Shown: one piece after another, positions 38,378 through 51,621 of the stretch | How positions within the stretch are numbered: position 1 is the stretch's first letter | How the letters are laid out: each line of letters opens with the position of its first letter | Source of the DNA: Lobosporangium transversale | Taxonomy: Eukaryota | Assembly (NCBI RefSeq): GCF_002105155.1 | Contig: NW_019028980.1 | Span: 310,001-374,000 of the forward strand | Direction of reading: 5' to 3' | DNA: 64,000 bases | The notes under the pieces: generated by a model | What the model saw: only the letters and a program-made list of their open reading frames with translations | Told to the model about the DNA's origin: nothing | Database searches by the model: none | Program-made: the position numbers and the translations under genes

Positions 38378-41300
38378 CTATTGTCTCAAACTCGAATCTA
38401 CGGTAAAGAGGCGAGGCGCAATTGCCATAGCCATCAACTCTTGCAACAACAGCTTCATGGCATATGGGATATGAACCTGTGAAATTTCTGTCGTGTTCTT
38501 GCAGGCTCGGCACTCAAAGCTGTTCTTGGAGAGTGATGCAATTGCCATGAGTCCACAAAGGTCACAAACATGTACCCGATACGCGTCTGATGCATCAAAT
38601 AGACGCTCTTTCAAAAACTGGGCCACTCCGTGGGAAATCATACTAAAATCATTTACCAAGATCATCGTTAATAGCAAAATAAATGTCCATTATGACATAC
38701 GAATGTTCGGTATGAGTAATGCATGTCTTTCTTACCAATCACGCTCCATCTCTCCGAAACGAAGACCACCATCACGACTTCTTCCTTCAACAGGCTGGCG
38801 CGTCAAAATCTGGACGGGGCCACGCGCACGGGAATGTATCTTGTCATCGACCATGTGTTTCAGACGCTGATAGTATGTAGGTCCCAGGAAGACTTGTGCT
38901 GTCAGCTTACGTCCTGTATGTCCATTGTACATGACCTCGAATCCGCGCTGCTGGTAGTTGTGTTTTCGAAGCGCCTCCGATATGGCCTCCACAGTGACAT
39001 CAGTGAATGGCGTTGCATCTCCCTCACTGCCCTCCAGTGTTGAAACTTTAGATAGTAGACATTCCACCAAATGCCCGATAGTCATACGAGAAGGAATGGC
39101 ATGTGGGTTGATGATAATATCGGGTGTGATGCCTTCTGCTGTAAAAGGCATATCCTCTTGACGATATGTGATACCAATGGTGCCCTTTTGACCGTGACGA
39201 GATGCGAACTTGTCTCCCATCTGAGGTACACGAGTTGAACGAACGCGGACTTTGACGAATTTAACACCTTCATGATTGGTCGTCAACATCACTTGATCCA
39301 CAATACCTGTTTCTGTACTTTTAAGTGGCGTTGATGCATCCAATTTGGAGTGGGATCCTGTGCGCTGACCTAACTCAGTCGAATCTTCTGGAATAGGCTT
39401 CGTCTTCCCAATGATGATGTCATCTCCAGAGACTCTGGTCCCAGGAGCAATCAGACCATCATCATCCAACTTTTCATACGTCCCATGGCGCAAACGCAGC
39501 ACATGCTCTCGTGTAGGTTTCTCGAATTCTTCCATAACGGTCATACCGACTTTCTTTTCCTGATCCATGTATGTTCGGAAATACAAACTACGGAACAGAC
39601 CGCGATCAATCGAAGACTGGTTCATGATCACGGAATCTTCTTGGTTGTATCCCGAGTAACAGAGAATGGCAACTATGGCATTTTGACCAGCTGGCAGTTC
39701 TCGAAATCGCAGATACTCCATTGAGCGAGTTGTTGCGAGTGGCTTTTGGGGGTAATACAAGATATTAGCGAGTGTATCCATGCGAACCTGGTAGTTTGTC
39801 ACGTATATGCCCATGGCCTGTTTGCCCATAGCAGACTGGTAGGTGTTACGAGGTGACTATGACAGCGGATGGTGTTCGGTATACATATTAGATACGGGAG
39901 TCGGGATCAATGTAACATTGAACTACAACATGCGCAGAATGACATAAACCCATACGTACCTGGTTATGATCGGGGAAGGGGATAATACTAGCACAAATAC
40001 CCAGGATCATGCTTGGGTGAATCTCGCAATGTGTCCATGTATGCAAAGATACAGAGGATGCTCCTTTGAGCCTTCCTGATGCATCTCTTGGTTGCTTTAC
40101 ATGATGCGTCTGACGAGACTCTACAAGGTCTTCCGGGGTCATGCAGATCAAGATAGTCTCCTCTTCCTCTGCGTCTACATATTCAACAATACCATTGGCT
40201 AACAAATCATTCCAACCCCAGGGTTCCTAAATTTGTAAAGAAAAAAGTAATTGTAAGAGAAGGAGTTCTGTTGGTTTTCACGTTATTTAGTATGCGAAGT
40301 AATTCCACTCTCTATTCACCTACCACTGTCTTGCCCTCCTCGTTAACGTACATAGGCTGAGAGAGTTCATCTATATGCTCTTTCCTTATCAAAAGTCTTT
40401 GATCTTCGACAATGAACAGCGGTCGCAAACATCGTCCAGCATCCGTGTACATCCTAAGCTCTTTCTCTCTTATGTCTTTGACGATCGATACCTCAGGGTT
40501 GATATCTAGGTTTCTACGGAGACGCTTCAGTGTACTAACTAGACTGCTGGGATCACGGTGAACGCCAGCCCAGACACCATTTACAAAGACCTTAGTTGCA
40601 TCCAAAATATTGTTCGCAGTCAACTCCTCCAAGTTCTCCATGCCCCATTCCTCCAAAAACTCAATGATGGGCGCTGAAGGCGAGCCGACAGAAATAGTGG
40701 TCATAAGTGCCAAGTTCTTGACTAGACCACATGCCTGACCTTCAGGTGTCTCTGCCGGACAAACCATACCCCAATGAGTGTTATGTAATTGGCGAGGCTT
40801 AGCAATCTTCCCGTCACGCCCAATTGGCGTATTACAACGACGCAAATGAGATAAAGTTGAGGCAAATGTATATCTGTTTAACACTTGCGATACTCCAGCT
40901 CTGGATTGCATGGCCTTCATTTGCTCCCCCCAGTTTCCTGTTGCGAGCGAGTACTTGAGCCCATTGGTAATGGTGTTTGATTTTACTGCCACCGAAAGAA
41001 CGAAATCTTTGTTCGAATCAATGCACTAAGGGATATTCATTCAGGGTTTGGCTCATGAGCATTTTTTAAACGCAATATTCGGACAAGACCTCGAAATTAA
41101 ATAAATAACAAGATACCTTGCGGAGGTACTTGCTAACATCCTTTGTAAGCTTGAGGAACAGGATTTTGAAAAGTCCACCCAAAAGAGGCCCAGCTAAATC
41201 CATGCGCTTCTTTCCATAATGATCACGGTCATCTACATCACGACGATGGAGAGCAGCTAACAGTAGGCGATGGATCATATATCCAAAGAAATAGGCTTTA

Positions 41301-42853
41301 CGGGTCTGGTTGTGCGACTGAGTTCCAACATGAGGTAGAAATTCCTTTTGCAAAATTTCAGTAGCATATCTGGTTCGCTTATCCTTGGTGGCTCCGACAG
41401 TCGTTCCACGCTTGCCAATATAATCGAGTGCGACTTCTTTGTCCTGAATAACGAACGCCTGCTCAATACATGGTTTCAACATTTCCAGCATTTGATAGTC
41501 ATTCCTATCATAGCAGATGTGCTCCAAAACATCGCGATCAGCGACAAGACCTAGTGCACGGAAAACAACCACCACTGGAACACCATCTCTAATGTATGGT
41601 AATGTCGCTTCGATCGTCTGCCCAGTACCAGCACGCTCAGCTGAACGAGCAAGCAATTTAACAAAACATGGAGACGCGTTCTTGGATCCTCGCTCCATAG
41701 AGCTCCTAATCTCTGCCGTGTACGAGTATTTATTTCCTTGAGGCTTACTAAACACATATACCGTATTGGTTGCCATTCGTTCCTGGGCAATCAACACCTT
41801 TTCAGAGCCATTAATCACAAAGTAACCTCCCTAAGAATTATTGGCATAGACACAGATTTAGTTCATTAGGAAAATGTCCCTAGAGGACGACCCATAGACA
41901 GTAAAAGGAAATGAAGCCAAAAGATAGTCTCTACCTGGTCATATTGGCACTCATTCATCTTCTGAAGCTCACTATCATCCAGCCCTGTCAACATACAATA
42001 TGTCGATTTGAGCATAATAGGAACCATCCCAATAAATATCTTATTCATTGCTCCACTACCCTCGTTCCCTTCTTCCTCAATGAACATATCGTTGGGGTTC
42101 ATCTTGTCCTTGTTCCGTTCATGGCGAGGGTTAGCGACTTTGACAGTCTTTTGCATATCAACATACAATGGTGCTGCATAGCTGGACACAGTTACCAACA
42201 TGTGTTAGGTCAATTTCATACGAACAGATTCATTCCACGAATTTAAGTTCTATCAGGTAGTAAGCAACCTGGGGTGAGTAAAGAAGAACCATTACGTTAA
42301 ACTGCGGAGACGCGCCTCGTGAGGGTACATTGGCTGTGTCGAACCGTCCGCCTCGGTCATGCTAGGGCGAGACAGATAGATTTGACCAAAGTTGATTTCA
42401 TAACGTTTCTATGAGAGCATTGTAAGTTTTGCACCGATCAACTCGATTAATAAAAAAAAGGCCGTCTCAAATGCGGCAGTATGGAAATAAGTGATGCTGA
42501 TGCATACCGTAACATCGCCCTCAGCGCCAGTGTGCTGGCTCGACGTTTGCAAAATCAAGTTTGAGTTCTCATCAACTAGCTCTTGCATGGTATTCTGGAT
42601 AAATTCATCAAAAGAATCAAGTTGCTGTCTGACAAGACCCTTGTCTTCAAAGAAGGACGAGATCACAGCCCAACAATCCTCTTGAGTAATAGTCTCTTCT
42701 TCTTCTTCTTCCAGATAATAGTGCTCTATTGTGTTCGATTTTGTGTCATGTCATGAGGCTGCTGTGTTAAATTGATTTGCCGTCCTTGGTCAATATGTCA
42801 GCCTAAGCGTTGCGTAGTGCCATCAGATAGTGAAAGTCACCTTGCTCATCCAT
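38378..42853 (-). CDS. RPB2: DNA-directed RNA polymerase II second-largest subunit
   Basis: Motifs [61 protein letters not shown] and zinc ribbon CDLCG..CRAC; multi-exon. Confidence 0.98.
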
Positions 42854-42970
42854 TTTGTGAGATGGTTGTATTGACTTGTAGTGAAAGACAACGGATGGGC
42901 AGGCAGACAGACAGACAGACAAGAAGGAACAAGGAACTCGATCCTGACCGTGATCGACTATGAGCAAGGA

Positions 42971-43024
42971 AAACGGTGAACGCTTCAGAAGTGAAAACGA
43001 TGAACGCTTTAGAAATGAAAACAG
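42971..43024. repeat. 24-bp imperfect tandem repeat (~2.3 copies) upstream of RPB2
   Basis: aaacggtgaacgcttcagaagtga / aaacgatgaacgctttagaaatga / aaac. Confidence 0.75.
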
Positions 43025-44018
43025 AATCCGTAGGTGGATTGGCAATCACAAGTTCATCACCGTGACAGAGACAGCTTTATAACCTCTTACTAGAGTTAAG
43101 GGGTAATATGTGATGCCATCGAACGAGGCATTGACGCGACACTGCTAACGTCTTCGAGCCATTGTTTTATTTCGATTAACTGAGGGTGATACAGGGATTT
43201 GGATGGATCAACATGGCTTCTTCCTGAGTTAGGCAAAGCTTCGGCCCACAATGAATCTTTCGAGTAAAGTTTTTTGGCACAAAGTATACCAAAGAAGATT
43301 CCATGCAGTATGATTTCTCGCTCAATTGTCTTACGATAATGGTCGTTTGTTCATATCTTCCTCTAATACTATGGATAGATTAACAAAGCGTCAGAGTAGA
43401 TCGACAGCATCCATTCAGTGTCTCTGTAGAAGTCAACCCCAGTTTTGAAAGAGATTTGGCTCTTGGGCTCACTCTTGCACATTCACACAAACCTATTGAA
43501 TTCAACCCTTTCTCCCCTGTGTTGGGACTGGGAATGAGGAATGCAGTCCCACATGCACATTCACTCCGCTCCCTTCTTACTTATTCGTTCCATTCATTGA
43601 CAGGGTTATCCTTTCACTTTTCATGCTTCACTGCACGCCCTCTGAAAGACCCCGGCACAACTCCTCTCTATTCTCTAATTTTCCTTCTTCGTCCCATTCT
43701 CTTCTATTTCTCGGACTTGTTGCCTTTCACATCCTTTCCCACTCCCTCTGTCCACTCCCACCCTCCACTCTCACTCTTCACTCGCTTTTTCTCTTTTCTC
43801 TGGTCCCTCAATTGCTTCCTACTGTTAGTCGTCACTATTCTTTGTGCTTCGTTTCGCCACTGCCTCTTTTTTTTCTTTTTTTACCCTTTCCTTATCCTCA
43901 CATCTCACTCATAGTTGATTCTCACTCGCCGCAGCTCGCGGAATCATCATATTTCATTCAATACCTCCAACCAACACTCCTCCCTTCTTCCTTCGGATCC
44001 CTTTTGTATCGTTTCTTC

Positions 44019-44049
<31 letters not shown>

Positions 44050-44137
44050 CTTTTTTATTTTTATTTCTCACCTTCTCCGCTTGGGGCGTACCCATTGAAT
44101 CCTCTCTGAGAAATCGTGTTTGCGAGCCGATTCCCAC

Positions 44138-46695
44138 ATGGGTATGCAAAATCAATTGTGCTCGATCTTTGTTTTGACATTTCCCTCTGCTGCCATTGAT
44201 TCTCACACTTTTTGTACCATTTTTCTCTTTTTCTACTATATGCCTTTTGCATCCTGTTTTCCCGATCCTGACAGCTCGCATCCCATGTAAGTACCAAATG
44301 CATCTCGTCCTATGTTTTCGCACATCAGATATTACTTGTTTTTCCTCCCAAACAATGTTGTCTAGATACTAACGGCACCGAGTGTGCGCACTCAACTGGA
44401 CGCGATGCTGATCTTTTTTTTTTTTCTTTTTTTCTCGTCATTCCGACAGTAGCATCCCCACGAAGAAGCCATCGCAGTGGCAATCCCAAGAGCAAGAAAA
44501 TTGTCGAAGACGACGACGGTGGTCAGACTCGTTGTGTCTGCAATCAGCAACGTAAGGCTTTTCAGACACCATTCTTCCATGCTTACATGACCTATTCTCA
44601 CGCGTGCATCAGACGCACTTTGTATTTCTTTTTGTTTGTTTGTGAACCAAGTTTTTTCTTAGCATTCATCCCTGGTCTCTCGCGCATGCTGAGGACACTA
44701 TTCCTTTCATTGCTAAACACATTGATCACACAAATATACACACCATTACTTATACTTAACTCATGTTCAAATATTCCATGAAACATTAGACCATGAAGGT
44801 GTCATGATCCAATGCGAAACTTGCAAGGTCTGGCAACACTGTCCATGTGTTGGACTAGGTGATGGTGAGGTCACTCCTGACAAGTACTACTGCGACGCTT
44901 GTCGTCCAGAGAACCATCCATATAGAGTACAAGACGGTCAACTGTAAGTTTGACTTTAATCCTCAAAGAGACCCCCTATCCGTTTCTCTCTCCCATTGCG
45001 CACAGAACGCAGTCTTGCGTCCTCTTTTTTTGCTCACTTTTATATTGTTCTCCTCTCACATCTACACTTGGATAGAATTTCAAATATTAAGAATGCTACC
45101 CCGCAAGTATCTTCGATATCTACTACAGGCACAAAGGCAAAATCGTCCAAAAAGAGGAGCACCATGAATTCCAAGGACGCCGCATTCTTCATGGATCACA
45201 CAGCGGAGTATTCAAGTAAGGACGACCATAACCACCTATTGCCAGTCAACAACACAGGCGTTCAAACGAACAACGACAGCGAGAACCTTATCAATGGCCA
45301 CCATCGAACTTCGAAGCGCCGGAAAAGGATGGACAGTAATGTCGACCCCAATGATAACCCAAACACTCTTCGCAATGCCAATGGACAGGCTGGGGATCAA
45401 AAGTCTGGTCATACTGCTGCAGCAGAAAAAGATGTGGAAATGCAAGCGAGTGTTACAAGCAGCTCACCAAAGACAACACAAGGCAAGAATAAGACTCAAG
45501 CTCGTACAGTAAAGCCCAAGAAAACCATCAAATTGTCCTCCACTCAGTCTCCTCCTAATTCTCCAGGAGTTATAGAAGAAGAAGAGGCCATGCATGGTCA
45601 AGACGGTCAGAATGGTATGGAGTCAATCCAATCCACTTCATTACCAACGCAATTAACGCGCAGAGTGAGTGGCAAGAAAGGCGCCCGCACCGTTCCTGAG
45701 GGATCAATAGGCTCTACATCACACGTAAAACGAAAAAAATCAATTAAATCAGACACACCACAATTAGACGAACAGTCCCACAGCTCAGATCAAGAAGAAC
45801 CAGATTTTGATCAGAACGAATCAGCGCAGGATACTACGGGTGTGTGCACAATCACATGACAAGAACCTGAAGTGCTTCTATGCAATTGGGCCTCCAATAT
45901 TAAACATGGCTTTGCTCTTATATCCCTTTCATAGATGCAACTACGGACTTTAAACCTAGCTCTAACAACCATCGCAGCCAAGGTGACAATTCTAACCTAC
46001 TACATCCAACTATCAAGCGACCAAGCTCTCAAAAGGGCCATCTTGGCGATTCAGATACACCAACTCCTTCAGGCACGCCTCAGCCAATGCAGCCGGCGCC
46101 TCCTACTAAGGTTAAATATCCCTCCCCAAGAATGACCTTCAAGGACATGAACAAGCGCGCCCAGCAACTCTTGGAGTATATCAGCCGAGTCCAAGTGGAA
46201 ATGACTGAGCTGCAAAATAAGGCGAAGCATGATATACTCAAAGAAATGGCATGCGTGCCACAAGCAAAGTCGTCTGGCTTGACTGTTGACACTGCAATGC
46301 AAGCACTTAAGCCTGGCTCTTCAGATACCGAATCTCGCTGGCTTTCAACTCCTCCACAGTCGGTGCACGAATTGGGACATGGAGATGGATCAGAGCAGAT
46401 TCTAGTGGCAAAATCACTGTTTAAGAATGGTGTCGAAGAAAACATGGTTTTAGCTTTGAGTACAACAGAGTCTGATTTCAAGAAGGATAAGGCCCCGATG
46501 ACCCCACCTCACCAGCCTACTATTGATTGTGGTGTTGCTGAATTAATGGAGGTCGACAGCGTCGTTTCCTTAAATGATCATAGTCAGTATGAGAGCAGTA
46601 CAAGGCCTACCATGGTTACTAGTTTGGATTTGATGGAGAAACTAACAGGTGAATTGATTAGTTTTCAAGAAAAATATGGACATTTTGGGGAGTGA
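44138..46695 (+). CDS. CTI6: PHD-finger Rpd3L histone deacetylase complex subunit, Cti6-like
   Basis: Spliced TRCVCNQQ|HHEGVMIQCETCKVWQHCPCVG..YYCDACRPENH PHD finger. C-terminal RMTFKDMNKRAQQLLEYISRVQVEM..LMEKLTGELISFQEKYG resembles Cti6. The first coding exon is probably the 4-nt ATGG. Confidence 0.8.
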
Positions 46696-46972
46696 TATAT
46701 TTGTTTTTCATTATGCCTTTTGTTTTTTGTTTTTTCTCCTGTTGCTGCTATCGACTTTTTTTTTTTTTTTTTTTTTTCTCATTTTCTCTTGTAATTTTAC
46801 CACACCCCTGTGGACAGTCTAACTCCTCCGTCTTATTTGCTTTTCTATGTACCATCATTATCGTCATCAACACTACCATTCTTCTATTCTTGATCGATTT
46901 CCGACATATGTCGTTTGTAGTATATATTTCTCTGTCGTTTCCATGATTCAAGAGTAACAACACCAATAAAAA

Positions 46973-47010
<38 letters not shown>

Positions 47011-48182
47011 GGATTTTGAATTGACAAATGACAAGCAATGTGGGAAAGGGTATTTAAAAATGTGATTGGACGGACAGATTCAGTAGACGAATGAGGAAGT
47101 GAATGTGAAAAAGAAAGCGGGGAGTGGATGAGAGATATCAAGCACGTTAACTCTGAGCATCGGAAGAGAAGAGAAGCAAAGCAGAGTAATGAAAAACGTG
47201 TTTACAACAAAAGATAATGTATTAATACACATAAAAGAGTAAAGTTACTCTTTATCATTGTCCTTGAACGTCGTATGTCACACATGTACAAGGGGATTTT
47301 GGCCAGTAAATTTAATGATCCACTTCAACATTAACCATAATTCATCCTGCATTGTACGACTCTCACTGCTCAAAATAAACTGATTTTGAACTAATCAACG
47401 ACTGTCCCTTATCGCTTTCTCGAGATACAGGTTCAAGATTCACCCGCCATGACTAAAATCATTGACTCTACCATGACCACGAAGATCGACCGTAAACTAT
47501 ATTACACGCTTGATTGCAAACACGTTAATTATTTATTTATTTGTTTGCCTGCTCAATTTTAACGGCAATCAATCAACGCTTCTGCCTTCTACCCCCTTTT
47601 TTTTCCTATTGTCAGAAAGAAAGGGACGAGTAGCGAGGTAGATGAGACCCAAGACAAATCCTTGAGCTATTCTTTTGAAGAATGATAGGGTCAATTGAGT
47701 CGGTCATTGAGAGAGCGTAGATGTCTTTCTGTGTTACTTCCGACATACCATTGTTTTCAGTTCTCTGGGCGTGTTTTTGTTTGTTTATTCGTTCAGACAC
47801 ATGGTAACGTCTGCGATATAATAAACAGAAGATAGCGCTTACTGTCCTACTGTGCTAACGTGGCAGCCAGCATACATTATCAAGTGAACAACTCTTGCAA
47901 TCCCACACAAATCCGCATGGCGATATCTCCGGGTCTACTTCAACTAGGCTTTATCTTCTGTGTTTTCTCTTTTTCTTTCTTTCTCTCTAGCTCTAACTCT
48001 TTATCAATCTGTTCCTTGCGCTCACACACCTTCTTCCTGGCTGTTTTCCTTAATTCTTACTTTTACTCTCCTCCTTACTCTTACTCAGGATTCACTACTC
48101 CATCGGGATCTTTACCAAACATAATCAATGTCTTTCGCGTGATCTCAAGCTTCTCTTTTCTATCCTTGTATTTATTTGTGTG

Positions 48183-48214
<32 letters not shown>

Positions 48215-48236
48215 TTCATAATCAACAGAGCTTAGA

Positions 48237-50773
48237 ATGGGTGCCAACATATCAGGCGATGACTTTGAGGCAAATGACAAGGAAGTCTTTCAGTCTTACA
48301 GGATCCCTCCCAAAGCATATAAGAAAAAGGGTAGCACAAGCAATGCTAACAAGAGCGGGAGCGACTCTTCAGTACCCGTTTCACCAACTTCAGTAGAATT
48401 CAACACTTTGCCATCCAGCTGGGATGGACTACAACAGCATAAACAAATATACAGGGCTGTATCTGTGTCATCGGCTCTTAGTAAACCACGTAAAGATCGT
48501 CCAATCTCTCATCCACCTTCTATTCTCTCCAGAAGTTCGTCAACATCCTCCCTTAATCTGTCGATCGTAAATGCTGCTGTAGCAGCATCTTCCATGTCCT
48601 CTTTATACCCATATTCAGGAGGCATAATGAGTGCACCGCTACCCATGATGCTTGGTGGCCTAAGCGTAAGCCCTAGGGCTAGCACGGCATCAGAGTCGAG
48701 AATAAACAGTGGAGACTCTACTGGGTCCGATACCTATGTTCCAGTACACTCAATAGGATCTGGCCTAGGTTGCGCAACATTTGTCAATGGAAAATGGGTC
48801 GAGATGGAGCTTCACAGTAACCATTCAGCTCAAAACATCGCCACTCCTCTATATCTACATGGCAACTACACTGTACAAGATTTTATATCATATCAACAGC
48901 AGCAGCAACAACAATTCCTTGAGCAGCAACAATTTGAGTACCAACAAATGCTAATTCTTCAACAACAGCAACAACAGCAGCTGAAACAACACCTGCATCA
49001 GCAGCACCATCAACACTTTCTCCAGCAGAACCAACACCAACAACAACAATACACTTCAACTGTATCTCGGCTATCTCAGGATGATTTATCTTCACAAGTT
49101 ACTGGAGTGGTTTTACAAACTAAAACATGGCGACCAGTTCGACACCCAGACCGAGCTGTTAACAACAATAGCAGTCATAACCGTGATGCCAGTCAATCTA
49201 TTACCGCCCCTTCCGCTTCTTCAGCTTCCTCTCTTCAGCGTCAAGCAAATATTAGTGGACCGCTAGTCTCTACAGGACTACAGAATCTGCCACACTCCCA
49301 AGTGGCGTTGGCAAACCAATCGATGCAGTGCAATGGCGCCACGCCTCCAGAATCGTCCGTTTCCAATTACAACGGGGCAATGTCCTCTTATTCTAGCACG
49401 GGGTCACATTATGCTAACATGCTGGCTATGACCAACGTGTCTCCATACTCTTCTTCTTCTTCACTGTCAAACTTGGGAGTAGGAAGAGTAACAGAATCGG
49501 ACTTCAAATCCATTTCGCAGCAAAATAGCAGCCACATCTTCCCCAGTGCGTCTCCTCTAGCGACCTCTACGTCGGAAGCAATAGCGCCATCATCGACAAG
49601 TCCCAAGTCCAACAAACTAGGGTTTACACTAGGTCAGTTGGCTTCAAAGATTTTGCCGTCTAGACGTCTTCTTAGGGGACGTGAGTATCATCCAGATAAA
49701 ACCTTGCCATACCTCCTACCATGCGATGAGCAGGAGAGCGAAAGGTATAGCTTGATTGCATGTAAACCATTGAGCTAGTTGTGTTGAATCAATCTATGCG
49801 CTAATTTATTGCGCGGTTTTCCCTATCTATACATATGACTGGATGTTTACGATAGGTTGCTATTACAGCACTATGTGATTCGGTATGCTCTTGGATCAAA
49901 CGTAATTGCTCCCATCGACACGTCGGTTACTGGTCAAGTCCTTGATTGTGGTTGCGGCCCAGGCACTTGGGTTATGGTATGTTGCTTCAACATCGTTTTG
50001 TTTAACAATGCAAGCACCATTTAGTCGCCAGGTATGAGAAAGACTTTTTTCATTAATCATAACAATAACAATTTTACTCTCTTTTTTAGGAAATGGCAAC
50101 TGAGTATGAGAATCTCGATTTTTATGGCTTCGACATTTCGCCAATGTATCCTTCAGCAATTCACCCTAAGAATGCCCATTTTTCAATGGGAAATATCCTT
50201 GACCCTGAGATTCCTTTTTGCTCAGACTCTTTTGTATTAGTACATCAACGCAACATGCTTTTAGGCCTCACTCAGGACGCTTGGCCTGGAGTTGTGCAAG
50301 ACATGTACAGATGTGTCCTTCCCGGTGGGCAAGGATGGCTCCAACTTTCTGAGGTGGACCCTATCTGGTCTCGCCCAGGCCCTGTCTCGAGGTCGTTTCT
50401 GACAATGCTAAATGAAACTGCTCAGAACCGGAATGTTGATGTACATCTTCCTCAGAGGCTGGACCAGGTCCTTAAAAGCGTCGGCTGTGAAAATGTAAAG
50501 ATGATAATGGTTGAGATCCCAATAGGACCCTGGGGAGGGAAAATCGGCATTTTATGGCGTGATGTCTTGAAGGCAGAGATGGAAGCACTCAAGCCTGTAG
50601 TCTTACAAGCAGAATTAGAAAATGCTATCGCACGTGGCCAAGATATTGCGGTCTCTGGAGCCGAGATGACCACAGGTGAAGAATGGGACGAAATGATGAC
50701 TCAAGTGTGGGCTGAGATGGATCATTACCATACATTCTCTAGAGTTTATCTTGCATACGGCCAAAAACCATGA
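48237..50773 (+). CDS. SAM-dependent methyltransferase (LaeA-like/TAM family) with long Ser/Gln-rich N-terminal extension
   Basis: GREYH..YLLPCDEQESER|LLIQH..VLDCGCGPGTWVM|EMA..FYGFDIS..PGGQGWLQLSE..PIGPWGG; 3 exons. Confidence 0.88.
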
Positions 50774-51621
50774 TTAGTTCGTAACTCTGTTACATAAACA
50801 TGTATCATCCTCGAACAGCTAATGTTACATTGTGGTGCGTTGCCCTGTTTTTCTTAACATGCGCTTCTTTTTGTGCAATCATGACATCGATGTGCATTGT
50901 TTGTTTTGAAATATGAAAATGATGGCGCCTGCTGGTGTTGATTGTGTCTGTTACTTGTCTGTTCTTTGTCGTACCAATCTGTCTGTCTAGATTTGTTCGA
51001 CCAGGGGGAAATCAATTTAAAAATAGTTTTCCTGCACTGCAGATCCTTTTTTTTTTATTTTTTTTATTTATCCCGTCGTTTGAGGGAAGGTCGCATTCGC
51101 CAAAGCAAGCGGTCAAGAGAATTGGATTCTTCTATAGTACTGCATTTACTGCATATCGGCATCTTTACACAGATGTACTCTAATTCTGGTCAGCTGGGAG
51201 GAGAGCCACACCTGTCTGCATTGTATGCATCTGAAGGGACCAAAGACATGAGGTAGCCTTTTCTTTTCTTTTTTTTCTTTGTTTGAAAGAAACAAAATCA
51301 GGCAGAATGACCTGGCCTATTTTATAAATGGATATTTACCTTTTGTCCAAGCACACAACTCTGGCACGTTGTCCGAGTGCTCTTTAATTATATGTTTCTG
51401 ATGAATTCTCACATCACTCCTCTCTCTCCTCTTCAACTCCCTAACCTCTCCACTTACTCTCACCCGTATCCCCACTCCTATAGCATTTACCATCCGCCTC
51501 CCTTTTTCTTTCCCTTCTCTCCTTTTTTACCTATTAGTTAATATCATATTTATTGTCTACTAGACTTCATATCTTTCATTGTGATAAGATTTAATTTGAC
51601 CATTACATTGTGTTCATTGCA

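Noticed and set aside
43456..44323. Several 120-180 aa Phe/Leu- or Lys-rich ORFs upstream of CTI6
   Set aside because: These are translations of pyrimidine-rich promoter/5' UTR sequence and poly(T) tracts.
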